Assembly (NCBI GenBank): GCA_963555825.3
Contig: CAUVXB020000001.1
Coordinates: 32,001 to 96,000 of the forward strand
DNA: 64,000 bases
From: Alphaproteobacteria bacterium
GTDB taxonomy: Bacteria > Pseudomonadota > Alphaproteobacteria > JAAXGF01
Reading direction: 5' to 3'
The position numbers and the translations under genes were made by a program. Below the pieces are notes generated by a model. It searched no databases. It was not told the DNA's origin and saw only the letters and a list, made by a program, of their open reading frames with translations. Positions 33,744 to 44,807 of the stretch are shown piece by piece. Each line of letters opens with the position of its first letter. Within the stretch, counting starts at the first letter, position 1.

Positions 33744-36700
33744 TCACGAAACCGGACATTCCGCCGCCGGCCGTTTTTGAAGGACAACGTTGGTCGTCAC
33801 CAATTCGGGCTGATCGTCGCCGGCCAGTTCCGTAAGACCTATCTTGATGTTTAGCGGGTTGGCGCACCAAGCAGTAACAAACGCATCCTCGGCAGCGCCG
33901 CCGCTGCCTTTGGCGAGATTGAGAACGACCATGCCAGGTTGGCTGCTCCAGTCGGCGACAACATGGACGGGTATCTTGTCGTGTTCTTCGATCGTGGCGC
34001 TGAAGGCCTCCTCCACGCGGTTGAACTTGGGATAGGCGCGGCCAAGCCTGACTGGCGCCCGCAGTACGACGGGCGCGGCAAAGCCATCGATCTGATCGGT
34101 TGCGATCTGAAACTTGGCTTGGTTCGCCGCAGAATAGAAGACAACCGTCTCAGGCGCCCAAGAGAAGTACCGTCGGCCGTCGCGACTCAGCTGGTAGGAA
34201 ACCCCGACACGCAAGGCGGCGCCGTCGAATTCCGCCGCGTCGAGGTCGGTGGGCAGTGTGACTAGTGTCGCGGCCTCGAACCATTGCCCAAGAAGCCGAT
34301 TTGCGATGTCCATCTCCACCTCTGGCAGCATCTCGCCTGTGGTGGTGGTGAGTTCGACGGCGATTTTCTCGTCGCGCGCGGCCGCCGGCATCGGCGTGGC
34401 CAACTCGACCCCGCAATTTTGCCATCGCGATATTGACGAAACGGGGCAAATGAGGGCGCAAGGCGATCGCATCGGTCGCCTCGGGTGAACCGGCGCAGGG
34501 CTGCCCGTCTACGGTGTCAACGATCTCGATCGGATACCTGCCCGGTCCGAAACTCGTCCAAACGATCATCTCGGCCGGAGCCACACGGTCGGGCGTACGC
34601 GGCAGACTGTTCATGTCGAAGGTGACGGCAAGGCCGCGCATGTCTGGAAGCACCCGGAGTCCTTCGTGGCGCTTGCCGCGTAGATAGACCTCTGAACCGC
34701 GCCACAAATTTCGTCCCTTGATGAGGAATTCAATTCGGCCTGCGCAAGCGGAAACCGGATTTGGAATGACCTCGGTGATCGTTGTCGACTCGAAGCCCGA
34801 AGGCAAGAGCCCGTCAGCGATGAAACCGGTCAACGTCGCCGTTGCGCGCTGCTGCGGCCTGAGGCGCAACGAAATCTGCCGTCCACCATCCGGTTGCATG
34901 TTGTTGAGAATGCCCGTCCCTTGATGCCAGTTTCCGGCCCAAGCGGTGCGTATTTTCAACAGCATTTCTGGCCACCAGCCTGGCACCGAGACATCGGCAT
35001 AGACGGGGTGGTTGGCAGAGATTTGGCGATAGACAAGCTGGTTCTCCTCGGGTTCCAAGATCGCCTTGGGCCCGAACACGTAACCAAATCGCGCCGTGGA
35101 GTCGGCGTCCTGCGTCAAACTCTGCCGATCGGTGTAGCCGATCACCAGGGGGGTACGCTCGATGGCTTCGGCGAGTCCGACGGCGGTGCGCGACGCCGCC
35201 GCACCGGCATTGATGCCGAGACCTTGGGTCGGCAGTGTCGCCGCCAAGGAAAAGGCGAGCTGCATGGAATTCGCGGCGCTAGCCAGCGTCGACAATCGCT
35301 GGACCCGCTCGGTCGGCTGGGCCTGATAAGTATAGGGTTGCCCCCGCCAGCGGCATTCCGTGCCGTTGTGCCAAACTACGGTATCTACGAATGAACTCGG
35401 AACTGGAAGGGCTTCGATTTCCTTCCAGCAGCCAGGTGCCTGGACCCCAGCAGTCTGTGGTGCCTGATCCACAGCGGTTGAGGTGCCTTGTTCGCGAAGA
35501 TCTCGCGCCCCGTAGGCCGCTTTGGAAAGCTGCGCCGCGAGCGCCCTTAAGTCATGCGATAATTCGATTTCGCCGGCGCCGCCGTCCCGCAGCAGCTCTG
35601 ATCGATAAGAGGAAAGGAAGACCTCAATCGCGCTAAGTGACGGAAAAGTTTCAATTAGATTTTTCGACAGCGCGCCCGGATCATAGGTGATTGTTTCGCC
35701 GCTGTCGTTTTTCGCACATTTGTCACCCAACTCACGTGACATTGCCGACGCTTCCAACGCTTCGGCGATACATGGATTGTCAATTGCCTCGCGTACGATG
35801 TCTTGGTGGCCGGGGTACGTGAACAGGATCAGGTCATTCAAGCCCTTTTGTGTGTATACGGGATGTTCGAGCGGCACGTAGTCCATCAATTCATTTTGCA
35901 GCATTACCGTCTGCAATCGTTCCCATTCGACGGGATTGCCGGCGCTCTGCTCCTCGACGCCCCGGCGCATGAGGGAGACCAGCCAATCCAGGTAAAGCCG
36001 CGATACCTGGTCGGCGCGGGCTTCGGCGGACGCGATCTCGAGGTCGAGGACGCCGAACTTGTTCTTGACCGCCCCGGGCAGCACGGTCGCGGTGAACTGA
36101 AGGCGATAGAGGGCGTTTCCGTTCGCATCGTGGACATCGTCGAGCCCGACCTCGGTCAAGCGCTGGCGAATGCGGGCACGGTAGGCGTTTAGGTCCTCGA
36201 AATGCTCTTCGGGCGAAGACTCGAGGGACGACGAGCGGGCCCGCGGCCCTTTCCCGGGTTCGGGTGTCAGGCTGGCGACCAGATCGTTGGCCTTCTTCGC
36301 GGCCTCGGCCAGCCGAGTCTCGATGCTTGTGGTGTTGGGGTCGGTTATCGCCGTCGGCGTGCCCATATTCGCATTGGTCGGATTTAATGCAGCGTTCGAC
36401 GGATCGGTCTGCCGCAGCTTGTTGAGCTCGTCGATTTCGTTCTGGAGCTTGATCAGCTCGATTTCGGCGCGCGCGGATTCGATGTCCTCGCGGCGCGCGA
36501 AATCACGGCCGATTGCCGGGTTGAACGAGATACCCAGCTGCCCGGCAAACGCCTCGATCACGGAAAGATCCCGCCTGATCTGAGGCTCGAAGGTCTGCGA
36601 GACGCTTTCCTGGAGCATGAATTCGAGGTGGCGTACTTCACGCAGGCGATCGTTGATCAGCGTCTCGCGGGAAATCACTTGAGGATCGCCTACCAGAATT

Positions 36701-36846
36701 GCGGCCGCGGTCTGGGCCGATTTCTCGTCGACTTTGCCGATCGAAAAATCGGCGTAAGGGTTGTCTTCGAATACCGAGCAGGCGGTCAGCGCCACCATGG
36801 TCGCCGCGAGCAGGACGCGCCGGGCGGAATGTCCGATTGATGTCAT
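33744..36846 (-). CDS. Large (~1030 aa) lipoprotein of unknown function, one frameshift near 34420
   Basis: Lipobox ALTA-C after a signal peptide; coiled coil; IPT/TIG-like segment ITEVIPNPV..FLIKGRNL; the C-terminus continues in ORF 33744-34472; RBS GAGGGGAG. Confidence 0.7.
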
Positions 36847-37307
36847 TGTCCGTCTCCCCTCGTTAGGCAGCGTTCCCGGGCACAACGATCCTACCCGAGA
36901 GCGCTCCAATGTGTCCCAATTCGGCTGGTCATCGGTCCATCGCGGTCAGACGCGCTTCAAAATTGAGACGTCGAGGAGTTCGAGGACCTTGTTGATATCG
37001 ATCGCATAGGTCCAGTCTTCCTGCATGCGTCCCGTTCGAAGCTGTTCCTTCCATCCGCCCCAGAGCAAGGCGACGGGTCGGAAGGTCCCATCGTCCATTA
37101 CGATGAGTTTACCGCTGTCGCCATGATCGCTAAACTGTTCGTCGTTTTCCTCGTCACCGATTATGAGGTAGTCGGTGTACTTTCTCTCGTCGTCGAAATC
37201 CCACTCAGAATCGTACCAGGAATACGCGAATGCAGCGATGTGAGCTGGTCCCAGAAAATCGGACAGGGAGCTAAGGTGTATTCCACCGGCTAATGGAGGA
37301 ATACGGG

Positions 37308-37589
37308 ATGACGGCACGACGACGGTTTACGGCGAAGTTCAAGGCCCGGGTGGCGCTGGAAGCGCTGCGGGGCGACAAGACGATCCAGGAGCTCGCGGCC
37401 AAGCACAAGGTGCATCCGAACCAGGTGAGCACATGGAAGCGCCAGGCGGTGGACGGTCTTGGCGAGGTATTCTCGAACGGCGTGGACCGCGCCCGTCGGG
37501 ATCATGAATCAGAGATCCACGGCCTCCATGCCAAGATCGGTGAGCTGACGGTGGAACGGGATTTTTTGGCCGGCGGGCTCAAGCGATGA
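37308..37589 (+). CDS. IS3 transposase orfA
   Basis: RRRFTAKFKARVALEA..HPNQVSTWK; GATTTTTTG slippery site. Confidence 0.92.
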   Translation: MTARRRFTAKFKARVALEALRGDKTIQELAAKHKVHPNQVSTWKRQAVDGLGEVFSNGVDRARRDHESEIHGLHAKIGELTVERDFLAGGLKR

Positions 37590-38515
37590 GCCGGGGGGTG
37601 CGCAAGGCGATGATCAGGCGTGACGCTGCCGACCTGAGCTTGGGCCGTCAATGCCGCCTGCTTTCGATCAGCCGGTCCGCGTTCTATTACGCGCCGAAGG
37701 GCGAGAGCCCGGAGAACCTGGCGCTGATGCGCCGCATCGACGGGTTGTTCATGAAGCATCCGTTTTACGGCAGCCGTCAGATGGTCCGCCAGTTGCGGCG
37801 CGAGGGGATCGCGGTGGGCCGTCATCGGGTGCAGCGCTTGATGCGGCTGATGGGCCTCGAGGCGATCTATCAGGCGCCGAGAACCAGCACGCCGCACCCG
37901 GCGCACCGGGTTTATCCCTATCTGCTCAAGGGGTTGGCGATCGAGCGGCCCAATCGGGTCTGGTGCGCCGACATCACCTACATCCCCGTCCAGCACGGCT
38001 TCCTGTACTTGGTCGCGATCATGGACTGGGCGACCCGCCACGTTCTGTCCTGGCGGTTGTCGAACACCATGGACGCCTCTTTCTGCGTCGAGGCGCTGAA
38101 CGACGCGCTGGCCCGATACGCCACGCCGGAGATCTTCAACACCGACCAGGGCAGCCAGTTCACCAGCCTCGACTTTACCGGTGTCCTCAGGGACGTGGGT
38201 GTCGCGATCTCAATGGACGGCCGGGGCCGCTGCATGGACAACATCTTCATCGAGCGCCTCTGGCGGTCGCTCAAATACGAGGCGGTCTACCTCCACGAGC
38301 TGACCGACGGTTTTGCGGCCGAACGGGTCATCGGCGAGTGGATCGGCTTCTACAACACAGAGCGGCCCCATTCGTCCCTCGACGGTCAAACGCCGGCGGA
38401 AGCCTACGGCGCCGGGCAGCCTGTGGATATGATGGATAAGTCTGACGGCTTACCCACATCCCCACAGGCTCAACAGCAACAAAAGGATGTGATAAACAGG
38501 ATTTTGGCAGCATGA
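37586..38515 (+). CDS. IS3 transposase orfB
   Basis: WCADITY, NTDQGSQF, DNIFIERLWRSLKYE. Confidence 0.93.
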   Translation: MSRGVRKAMIRRDAADLSLGRQCRLLSISRSAFYYAPKGESPENLALMRRIDGLFMKHPFYGSRQMVRQLRREGIAVGRHRVQRLMRLMGLEAIYQAPRTSTPHPAHRVYPYLLKGLAIERPNRVWCADITYIPVQHGFLYLVAIMDWATRHVLSWRLSNTMDASFCVEALNDALARYATPEIFNTDQGSQFTSLDFTGVLRDVGVAISMDGRGRCMDNIFIERLWRSLKYEAVYLHELTDGFAAERVIGEWIGFYNTERPHSSLDGQTPAEAYGAGQPVDMMDKSDGLPTSPQAQQQQKDVINRILAA

Positions 38516-38538
38516 TCAGACAGCAGAATACACCTTAA

Positions 38539-40180
38539 CCGACATTCCCCAGATGATATCCAAATTCGCGGAAATCGTACCACGGCCCCAACTCCAAGGG
38601 AACTCTGTTCCCATTGCAGCCATCCGATGACATGATTTTGGTAATCGGCCAGCGCGTGGAAGGCCATTTGGTCGTTTCTCTTGCCATCCAGACACACCTC
38701 TCGTGTCGCAATCTCCTTGCCGTCGATTCCCTCGGCCTACGCCGGAGCGGGTCTTCGTCGTAGATCATCAATCAGGCTCAAGATTTTCTGGAACAAGCTT
38801 CTGGTGACTGCAACCTCGGCCAATTGAAATGTGACGTACCGGCCATGGCTGACAACTTTCGCACCGATCTTGACCAGCTTCTCCCTCAGCGTCGTCAGCG
38901 ACCATTGCTCCACGGCATCGGGCAACGCCAGGGTACGCATGAAGTTGCCGAGGTTATAGGCGAGTGCATGCAGCTGGAGCCGGACGGCATTGTTGCGTAA
39001 CGAACGGCATGACAGCCGCGTCCACTTGATGGCGTTCTTGCCTTCCTTGATCCATTGCTCGGCAGTGCCGCGCTGATTGTAGAACGCAACAACCCGCTCG
39101 GCAGGACGGCTCAGGTTGGTGACGATGAAGCCGACGCGGGGATACAGTTCCCCTGAGTGCCACTCCACCTTGGCGACGACCCGGCGGGGCTTCGTCCAGC
39201 TACCGGCCCGATAGCTGAAGTTCGCGTAATACCGACGAACTTCCTTCGGCGGCCGACCGACGGGGCGCTTGAGCAGGTGCGCGATGCTGTCGTGCAGCAC
39301 CTTGTTGGCCGGAAGCCGGATGGCGTACTTGAAGCCTTCCGCTTCCAGAAACTCATAAACCTCGGGCGAGGCGAAGGCGGCGTCACCACGGAAATAACGC
39401 CGGAGTGTCTTGTTCCGGTATCGAGCGACCACCGGGTCCAACACATCGCGCCATTCATGGGCGCTGTGCACGTTGCCCGGACGCAGGGCGCAACGCTCCA
39501 GATCGCCGAACTGGTTGAACACGAACAGCGGGTGATAGCACGTGCAGCCGAAGTGACCGTTGTAGGCCGTGCCCTCCTGGTCACCGTAGGTCGGGCTGAC
39601 GGAGCTGTCCATGTCGAGCACGATAATCTTCGGCGGCTTGCGCTCGTTAACCTGGTCGATCCAGATGCCCAAAAGGTCAGCGAGCGCGGCGAGGTTGTCA
39701 TTGGTGGCGAGTAACTCCGTCTCGAACCGGCCCATCTGGCTGGTCGATGCGCCGCCGCGCTCGACAGCCCTGCCGCCGACGATCCACCGCATCGCAGGAT
39801 CGCGCCCCAGCCGGTCGGCGTCGTTCACGTCCTCGTACCCGGCGAGACGACCATAGACGGATTGGCGAAGGAGACCGATGATGCCGTGCCAACCGTTCTT
39901 GCCGGTCCGGCTGTCAGCAATAACGTCACCGGCCAGCGTGGTCAGGCCGAGGGCTTCGTCCAGTTCACGATAGGCGAGCAGACCAGCGTCTGACGTGATC
40001 CGCGAACCGTGGAACTCGAACTTCAGTCTTCGGTCGAAAAACGCCCGCAGAAGCCCCCGATCCGACTCACCCTCCAGGTTCCGCATTCGACCCACCCTCC
40101 GTCTGATCTAATCCACTGATTCTTATACAGGAATCAGACGGAAACCGCATCAGATGGATCGGTCACTTGGGGAATGCGGG
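38539..40180 (-). mobile_element. IS1380 family insertion sequence (intact)
   Basis: IR CCGACATTCCCCAG / TTGGGGAATGCGGG; 5-bp TSD CTTAA at 38534-38538 and 40181-40185. Confidence 0.93.
38737..40095 (-). CDS. IS1380 transposase
   Basis: ITSDAGLL, LDMDSS, LRPGNVHSA, RGDAAF, YNQRGTAEQWIKEGK. Confidence 0.95.
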   Translation of the reverse strand: MGRMRNLEGESDRGLLRAFFDRRLKFEFHGSRITSDAGLLAYRELDEALGLTTLAGDVIADSRTGKNGWHGIIGLLRQSVYGRLAGYEDVNDADRLGRDPAMRWIVGGRAVERGGASTSQMGRFETELLATNDNLAALADLLGIWIDQVNERKPPKIIVLDMDSSVSPTYGDQEGTAYNGHFGCTCYHPLFVFNQFGDLERCALRPGNVHSAHEWRDVLDPVVARYRNKTLRRYFRGDAAFASPEVYEFLEAEGFKYAIRLPANKVLHDSIAHLLKRPVGRPPKEVRRYYANFSYRAGSWTKPRRVVAKVEWHSGELYPRVGFIVTNLSRPAERVVAFYNQRGTAEQWIKEGKNAIKWTRLSCRSLRNNAVRLQLHALAYNLGNFMRTLALPDAVEQWSLTTLREKLVKIGAKVVSHGRYVTFQLAEVAVTRSLFQKILSLIDDLRRRPAPA

Positions 40181-41419
40181 CTTAACTACGCTGCCAACCT
40201 GTCCAACAAAGTGGGACCACCTCAATGGTCCCTTTCTGGAACGATCGCGTTCTGCCTACAGCAAACACCTTTTGTCCAATGGGACCCATGGTGTCGAGGT
40301 CGAGTGGGACCGGGTCACCCAGTTCGTGATATTCCACCTCGTCCTGTTCGTTAAGCACCGGCACGCGTGGGTCTATGTCCGATATAGGCCGAGTTGGGTG
40401 CAGCGGTGCGAAGGCACAGTCTACCCGATAATCGTTCTCGGGAAGGTCCACGATGCCCGGAAAGCGGACCTCGTCTGGGAGGTATTCGAATACCTTTGAA
40501 ACTCTACCCAAGGGGACGCCGCCTCTTGTAGGAAACAAGAGCATGTCCCCCACTTCACCCGCGACGTGTTTGTTTGTGATCAGGCCAATATCACCATTGC
40601 TGGCCTGCCCAAAGCAGCCGAGCGTGCCATACCAGCCGGAACGGTGGTAGAGCTGTGCTCCGGGCGTAATGACGTCGCTCCATCCCTTTAATGACTCAAG
40701 AAGACTGATTCTGCCCGGCGTCGACAGTTGTGGAGGTCCAATGATGTCGTCAGGACCGACCACGGGGGCTTTGTAACCGGGTTGAACTCCCGTCACATCG
40801 ACAAGACCGATCTCGAAGAATTCATCCTTTTTTCCTCCCTGAACAATATCTACTGGACAATAGAGACCGTTTGGCCCTTCGAGCCTGTCCTCGATGGCTA
40901 TGCTATCGGGCAACCATTTCTTTGCGATTTTTCGCGGTACGAAGATTATTATACAGGGGTCCCCGTCACCGTTCTTGCGGCCAATGGCGCTACCCAGGTT
41001 CCCGTTAATGGACTGAATATAATCGTTATTAAGTTCTCGAATTATTAGCAATTCCCGAAGATTGTTTGCTTGCGCCATGACTGGTCCTCCCTACCAGCAT
41101 GCAACTGCCGATTCTTGTTGAAATCACCGACTGATGCATTCTTGTGATATGGCCACTTTGTCCGTAACCGTTTGTTGAGATGTCCCCGTTTGCTCGTCCA
41201 GGTCGTGATATGCGTTGGCACAACTTTCTGACGAAGACGGATTGGGTATTAAACGAATCACTCTACAACGATTTCTTTATTTTGTCGCGCCGGTTAGGGG
41301 ATCAAGATTCCATTGCCCTTCCTGCATACCGCACATCGCGTACGAAGTTCGATTTTTGCTGAGCGGCATTTGGCCTCAAGGATTGGTCTCGAAAGCAGCC
41401 CCGCATTACGGCAAGTAAT

Positions 41420-41787
41420 GAGACGATGAACTCGATGCCGATGCGCGCGCCCTCGAGGCCCTTCTCGGCGCGGATGTCGCGCAGCTCGAGCGCCGGGTTT
41501 ACGCCTTCGGCGCCGTACCAGACGCGGATGTCGGGAATGATCGAAGTCTCGCGCGCCTGCTGCACGTCGGGCCGGCGCGTCAAGAGCGTGATCGGCATCT
41601 CGTCGGCGGTCAGCACGGCGCACTGGGAGAAGACGTAGCCCGCGGTGTCGAAGCCGGTCAGGTAGTAGTGGCTCTCCCGGGCGAAGATTTACAGCGCGTC
41701 GAGGTCGCGCATCGCGTGCGCCCGCGCCCGGGCGATGCGTCTCTCGTGCTCCTCGCGCGTGAAAAACAGCACGGGCGTGGCCGCCAT
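41420..41787 (-). pseudogene. N-terminal fragment of an M24 peptidase, with an internal stop
   Basis: FTREEHERRIARAR..LDAL*IFARESHYYLTGFDTAGYVF..RIGIEF; TAA at 41689-41691. Confidence 0.8.
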
Positions 41788-41800
41788 CCTTGCCTTCCGT

Positions 41801-43480
41801 CTATCGTTCCGGCGCGCCGTGGCGTTGGCGGGTCTGCCATTCGGCGTCGAGCCAGACCGGTGCGTTCGAGGCGGCGAGCGGCGGGCGGCCGCGGATCAGG
41901 TCGGCGGCGCGCTCGGCGACCATGATGGTCGGCGCGTTGAGGTTGCCGTTGGTGATGGTCGGGAAGACCGAGGAATCGACGACGCGCAGCCGTTCGACGC
42001 CGCGCACCCGGCACTCGGGGTCGAGCACGGCGAGCGGGTCGTCGTCGTCGCCGATCTTGCAGGTGCAGGACGGGTGGTAGGCGCTCTCGCCGTTGGCGCG
42101 CACCCAGGCGTCGATCTCTTCGTCGGCCGTCATCGACGCGCCGGGCTGGATTTCCTCGCCGCGGTAGGGATCCATCGCGGGCTGCGCGATGATCTCGCGG
42201 GTCAGGCGGATGCAGTGGCGCCAGTCGACCCGGTCGGCCTCCGCCTCGAGGTAGTTGAACAGAATCTTGGGCTTGGCCCTCGGATCGGCCGAGGCGATGC
42301 GCACCCAGCCGCGGCTCTTCGGCTTGTTTGGCCCGACGTGGACCTGGAAGCCATGGCCGTCGAACGCGGCGTTGCCGTCGTAACGCATCGCGGCGGGCAG
42401 GAAGTGATACTGGATGTCGGGCCATTTGACGCCTGACTTGGAGCGGATGAAGGCGCAGGATTCGAAGTGGTTGGTCGCCCCTAGACCATCCTTGAAGAGC
42501 ACCCAGCGCGCGCCGATAAGAAGCTTGCTGAGCGGGCCGATCTTGGAATTCAGCGTAATCGGCTGGGTGCAGCGGAACTGGAAGTAGACCTCGAGATGGT
42601 CCTGAAGGTTCTCGCCGACGCCGGCGAGATCGTGGACGACCTCGACGCCGGCCGCCTCGAGCACGGCGGCGGGGCCGATGCCCGAGAGCTGCAGGAGTTG
42701 CGGCGTGCCCACCGAGCCGGCGCTCAGGATGACTTCCTTGCGGGCACGCGCCTGGTGCATCGTGCCGCCGCGCTCGTAGGCGACGCCGGTCGCCGTCCGG
42801 CCGGCGAAGCTGACGCGGTGGATCAGCGCCTCGGAGACCAGCGTCAGGTTTGGCCGGCCGAGCGCTGGCTTGAGATAGGCGTTCGACGCCGACCAGCGCA
42901 CGCCGTCCTTGACCGTCATGTGCATCGGCCCGAAGCCTTCCTGCTGGAAGCCGTTGTAGTCCTCGGTCTCCAGATAGCCGGCCTCGACGCCGGCGTCGAT
43001 GAAGGCGCGGTAGAGCGGGTTGAGCCGCATGTCGTTGCCGTTGCAGGTCGCCAGCGGCCCATCGTCGCCGCGATAGTCGTCGGTGCCGCCGCGCCAGGTC
43101 TCGGCGCGCCGGAAGTAGGGCAGGCAGTGGCGGTAGCCCCAGTCCTTCGCGCCGTGTTGCTCCCAATCGTCGAAGTCGCAGGCGTGGCCGCGCACGTAGA
43201 CCATGCCGTTGATCGACGACGAGCCGCCGATCACCTTGCCACGCGGGCAGTCGAGCCGGCGGCCGTCCATGTAGGGTTCGGGCTCGGTCTCGAATTGCCA
43301 GTTGTAGCGTTGCATGTTCATCGGGATCGACAGCGCGGTCGGCATCTGGATGAAGACGCTGCGGTCGCTGCCGCCGGCCTCGAGCACCAGGACACGGTTG
43401 GTCGGGTCCTCGGAGAGGCGGCCCGCGAGCACGCAGCCGGCCGAGCCGGCGCCGACGATGATGTAGTCGAACTCTTCCAT
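41801..43480 (-). CDS. betA: Choline dehydrogenase
   Basis: GMC oxidoreductase motifs ([28 protein letters not shown]) plus BetA-type [12 protein letters not shown] and [12 protein letters not shown]. Confidence 0.93.
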   Translation of the reverse strand: MEEFDYIIVGAGSAGCVLAGRLSEDPTNRVLVLEAGGSDRSVFIQMPTALSIPMNMQRYNWQFETEPEPYMDGRRLDCPRGKVIGGSSSINGMVYVRGHACDFDDWEQHGAKDWGYRHCLPYFRRAETWRGGTDDYRGDDGPLATCNGNDMRLNPLYRAFIDAGVEAGYLETEDYNGFQQEGFGPMHMTVKDGVRWSASNAYLKPALGRPNLTLVSEALIHRVSFAGRTATGVAYERGGTMHQARARKEVILSAGSVGTPQLLQLSGIGPAAVLEAAGVEVVHDLAGVGENLQDHLEVYFQFRCTQPITLNSKIGPLSKLLIGARWVLFKDGLGATNHFESCAFIRSKSGVKWPDIQYHFLPAAMRYDGNAAFDGHGFQVHVGPNKPKSRGWVRIASADPRAKPKILFNYLEAEADRVDWRHCIRLTREIIAQPAMDPYRGEEIQPGASMTADEEIDAWVRANGESAYHPSCTCKIGDDDDPLAVLDPECRVRGVERLRVVDSSVFPTITNGNLNAPTIMVAERAADLIRGRPPLAASNAPVWLDAEWQTRQRHGAPER

Positions 43481-43596
43481 GCGCCCGATCCCTCGACGTT
43501 ACGCTATGGCAGAGGCTATCACTCCGCGTGCTGGTCAAGAAGCGCGCGATCGGTAAAGTGTCGCCTGCAGGCGAACCGCGGGAGAGAGGGCAAGGC

Positions 43597-44796
43597 TTGT
43601 ACGACTACGCGATCATCGGCGGCGGCATCGTCGGGCTGTCGACTGCCTGGCAGTTGAAGCGTCGGCTGCCCGACCGCTCGGTGCTGGTGATCGAGAAGGA
43701 GGCGGCGGTGGCGCGCCACCAGAGCGGCCACAATTCGGGTGTCATCCACGCCGGCGTCTACTACCGGCCGGGCAGCATGAAGGCGCGTTTCTGCCGCGCG
43801 GGCGTCGCCGCGACGATACGCTTCTGCGAGGAAAACGACGTCGCCTACGATCAATGCGGCAAGCTGATCGTCGCGACCGACGCCGCCGAAGTCGGGCGCA
43901 TGAAGGCGTTGTTCGAGCGCTGCGGTGAGAACCGCATCGCCGCCGAATGGCTCGGGGCCGAGGCGCTCGCCGAGCGCGACCCGCGAATCGCCGGCGCCGG
44001 CGCGATCCTGGTGCCGTCGACCGGCATCGCCGATTACCCCGGTATTGCGCGCGCCATGGCGCGGCTGTTCGAAGCGCTGGGCGGCGAGATCCGGTTGAAC
44101 GCGCGGGTGACGGGTCTGCGCGAGACCCCGGACGCGGTGATCGTCGGCGCCGGTGGCGACGCGATCGAGGCCCGGCGTCTGGTCGTCTGCGGCGGGCTGA
44201 TGGCCGACCGCCTGGCGCGCATGATGGGGCTTACCGCCGACTTCCGCATCGTGCCGTTCCGCGGCGAATACTTCCGCCTGCCGCCGGCCAAGAACGACAT
44301 CGTCCGACACCTGATCTATCCGGTGCCCGACCCGGCGATGCCGTTCCTCGGCGTCCACCTGACGCGCATGATCGACGGCAGCGTCACGGTCGGGCCCAAC
44401 GCGGTGTTGTCGTTCGCCCGCGAGCGCTACACCAAGGGCGCGGTGAGTGCGCGCGACGTCGCCGCGATGGCGTGCTTTGGCGGCTTCTGGCGGCTGATGG
44501 CGAAGAACCTCGCGTTCGGCGTCGCCGAGATGCGCAACTCGCTCTCGAAGCGGCGCTATCTCGAACACTGCCGGACGTACTGCCCCGAGCTCGAACTCGG
44601 CGACCTCGGCGCCTATCCGGCCGGCATCCGCGCCATGGCGGTGGCGCGCGACGGCGCCATGCTCCACGACTTCGTGTTCGGCGAGACGCCGCGCAGCATC
44701 CACGTCTGCAACGCGCCGTCGCCCGCCGCGACCTCGGCGATCCCGATCGGCGGCCACATCCTCGACAAGATCATCGAGCGCTTCGAGGCCGGCTGA
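43597..44796 (+). CDS. lhgO: L-2-hydroxyglutarate oxidase
   Basis: HQSGHNSGVIHAGVYY, IYPVPDPAMPFLGVH, CNAPSPAATS; TTG start assumed. Confidence 0.9.
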   Translation: MYDYAIIGGGIVGLSTAWQLKRRLPDRSVLVIEKEAAVARHQSGHNSGVIHAGVYYRPGSMKARFCRAGVAATIRFCEENDVAYDQCGKLIVATDAAEVGRMKALFERCGENRIAAEWLGAEALAERDPRIAGAGAILVPSTGIADYPGIARAMARLFEALGGEIRLNARVTGLRETPDAVIVGAGGDAIEARRLVVCGGLMADRLARMMGLTADFRIVPFRGEYFRLPPAKNDIVRHLIYPVPDPAMPFLGVHLTRMIDGSVTVGPNAVLSFARERYTKGAVSARDVAAMACFGGFWRLMAKNLAFGVAEMRNSLSKRRYLEHCRTYCPELELGDLGAYPAGIRAMAVARDGAMLHDFVFGETPRSIHVCNAPSPAATSAIPIGGHILDKIIERFEAG

Positions 44797-44807
44797 AGCT
44801 TGCGGCA

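Larger units (their letters stand above)
37241..40224 (+). mobile_element. IS3 family element carrying a nested IS1380
   Basis: Ends TGAGCTGGTCCCA / TGGGACCACCTCA; 3-bp TSD ATG at 37238-37240 and 40225-40227. Confidence 0.92.
36946..41078 (-). pseudogene. NAL1-like trypsin-fold serine protease (381 aa rejoined), split by IS3::IS1380
   Basis: Joining 41078-40225 to 37237-36946 gives ...FQKGTIAAFAY...; catalytic triad TNKHV / RVDCA / HGDSG. Confidence 0.85.
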
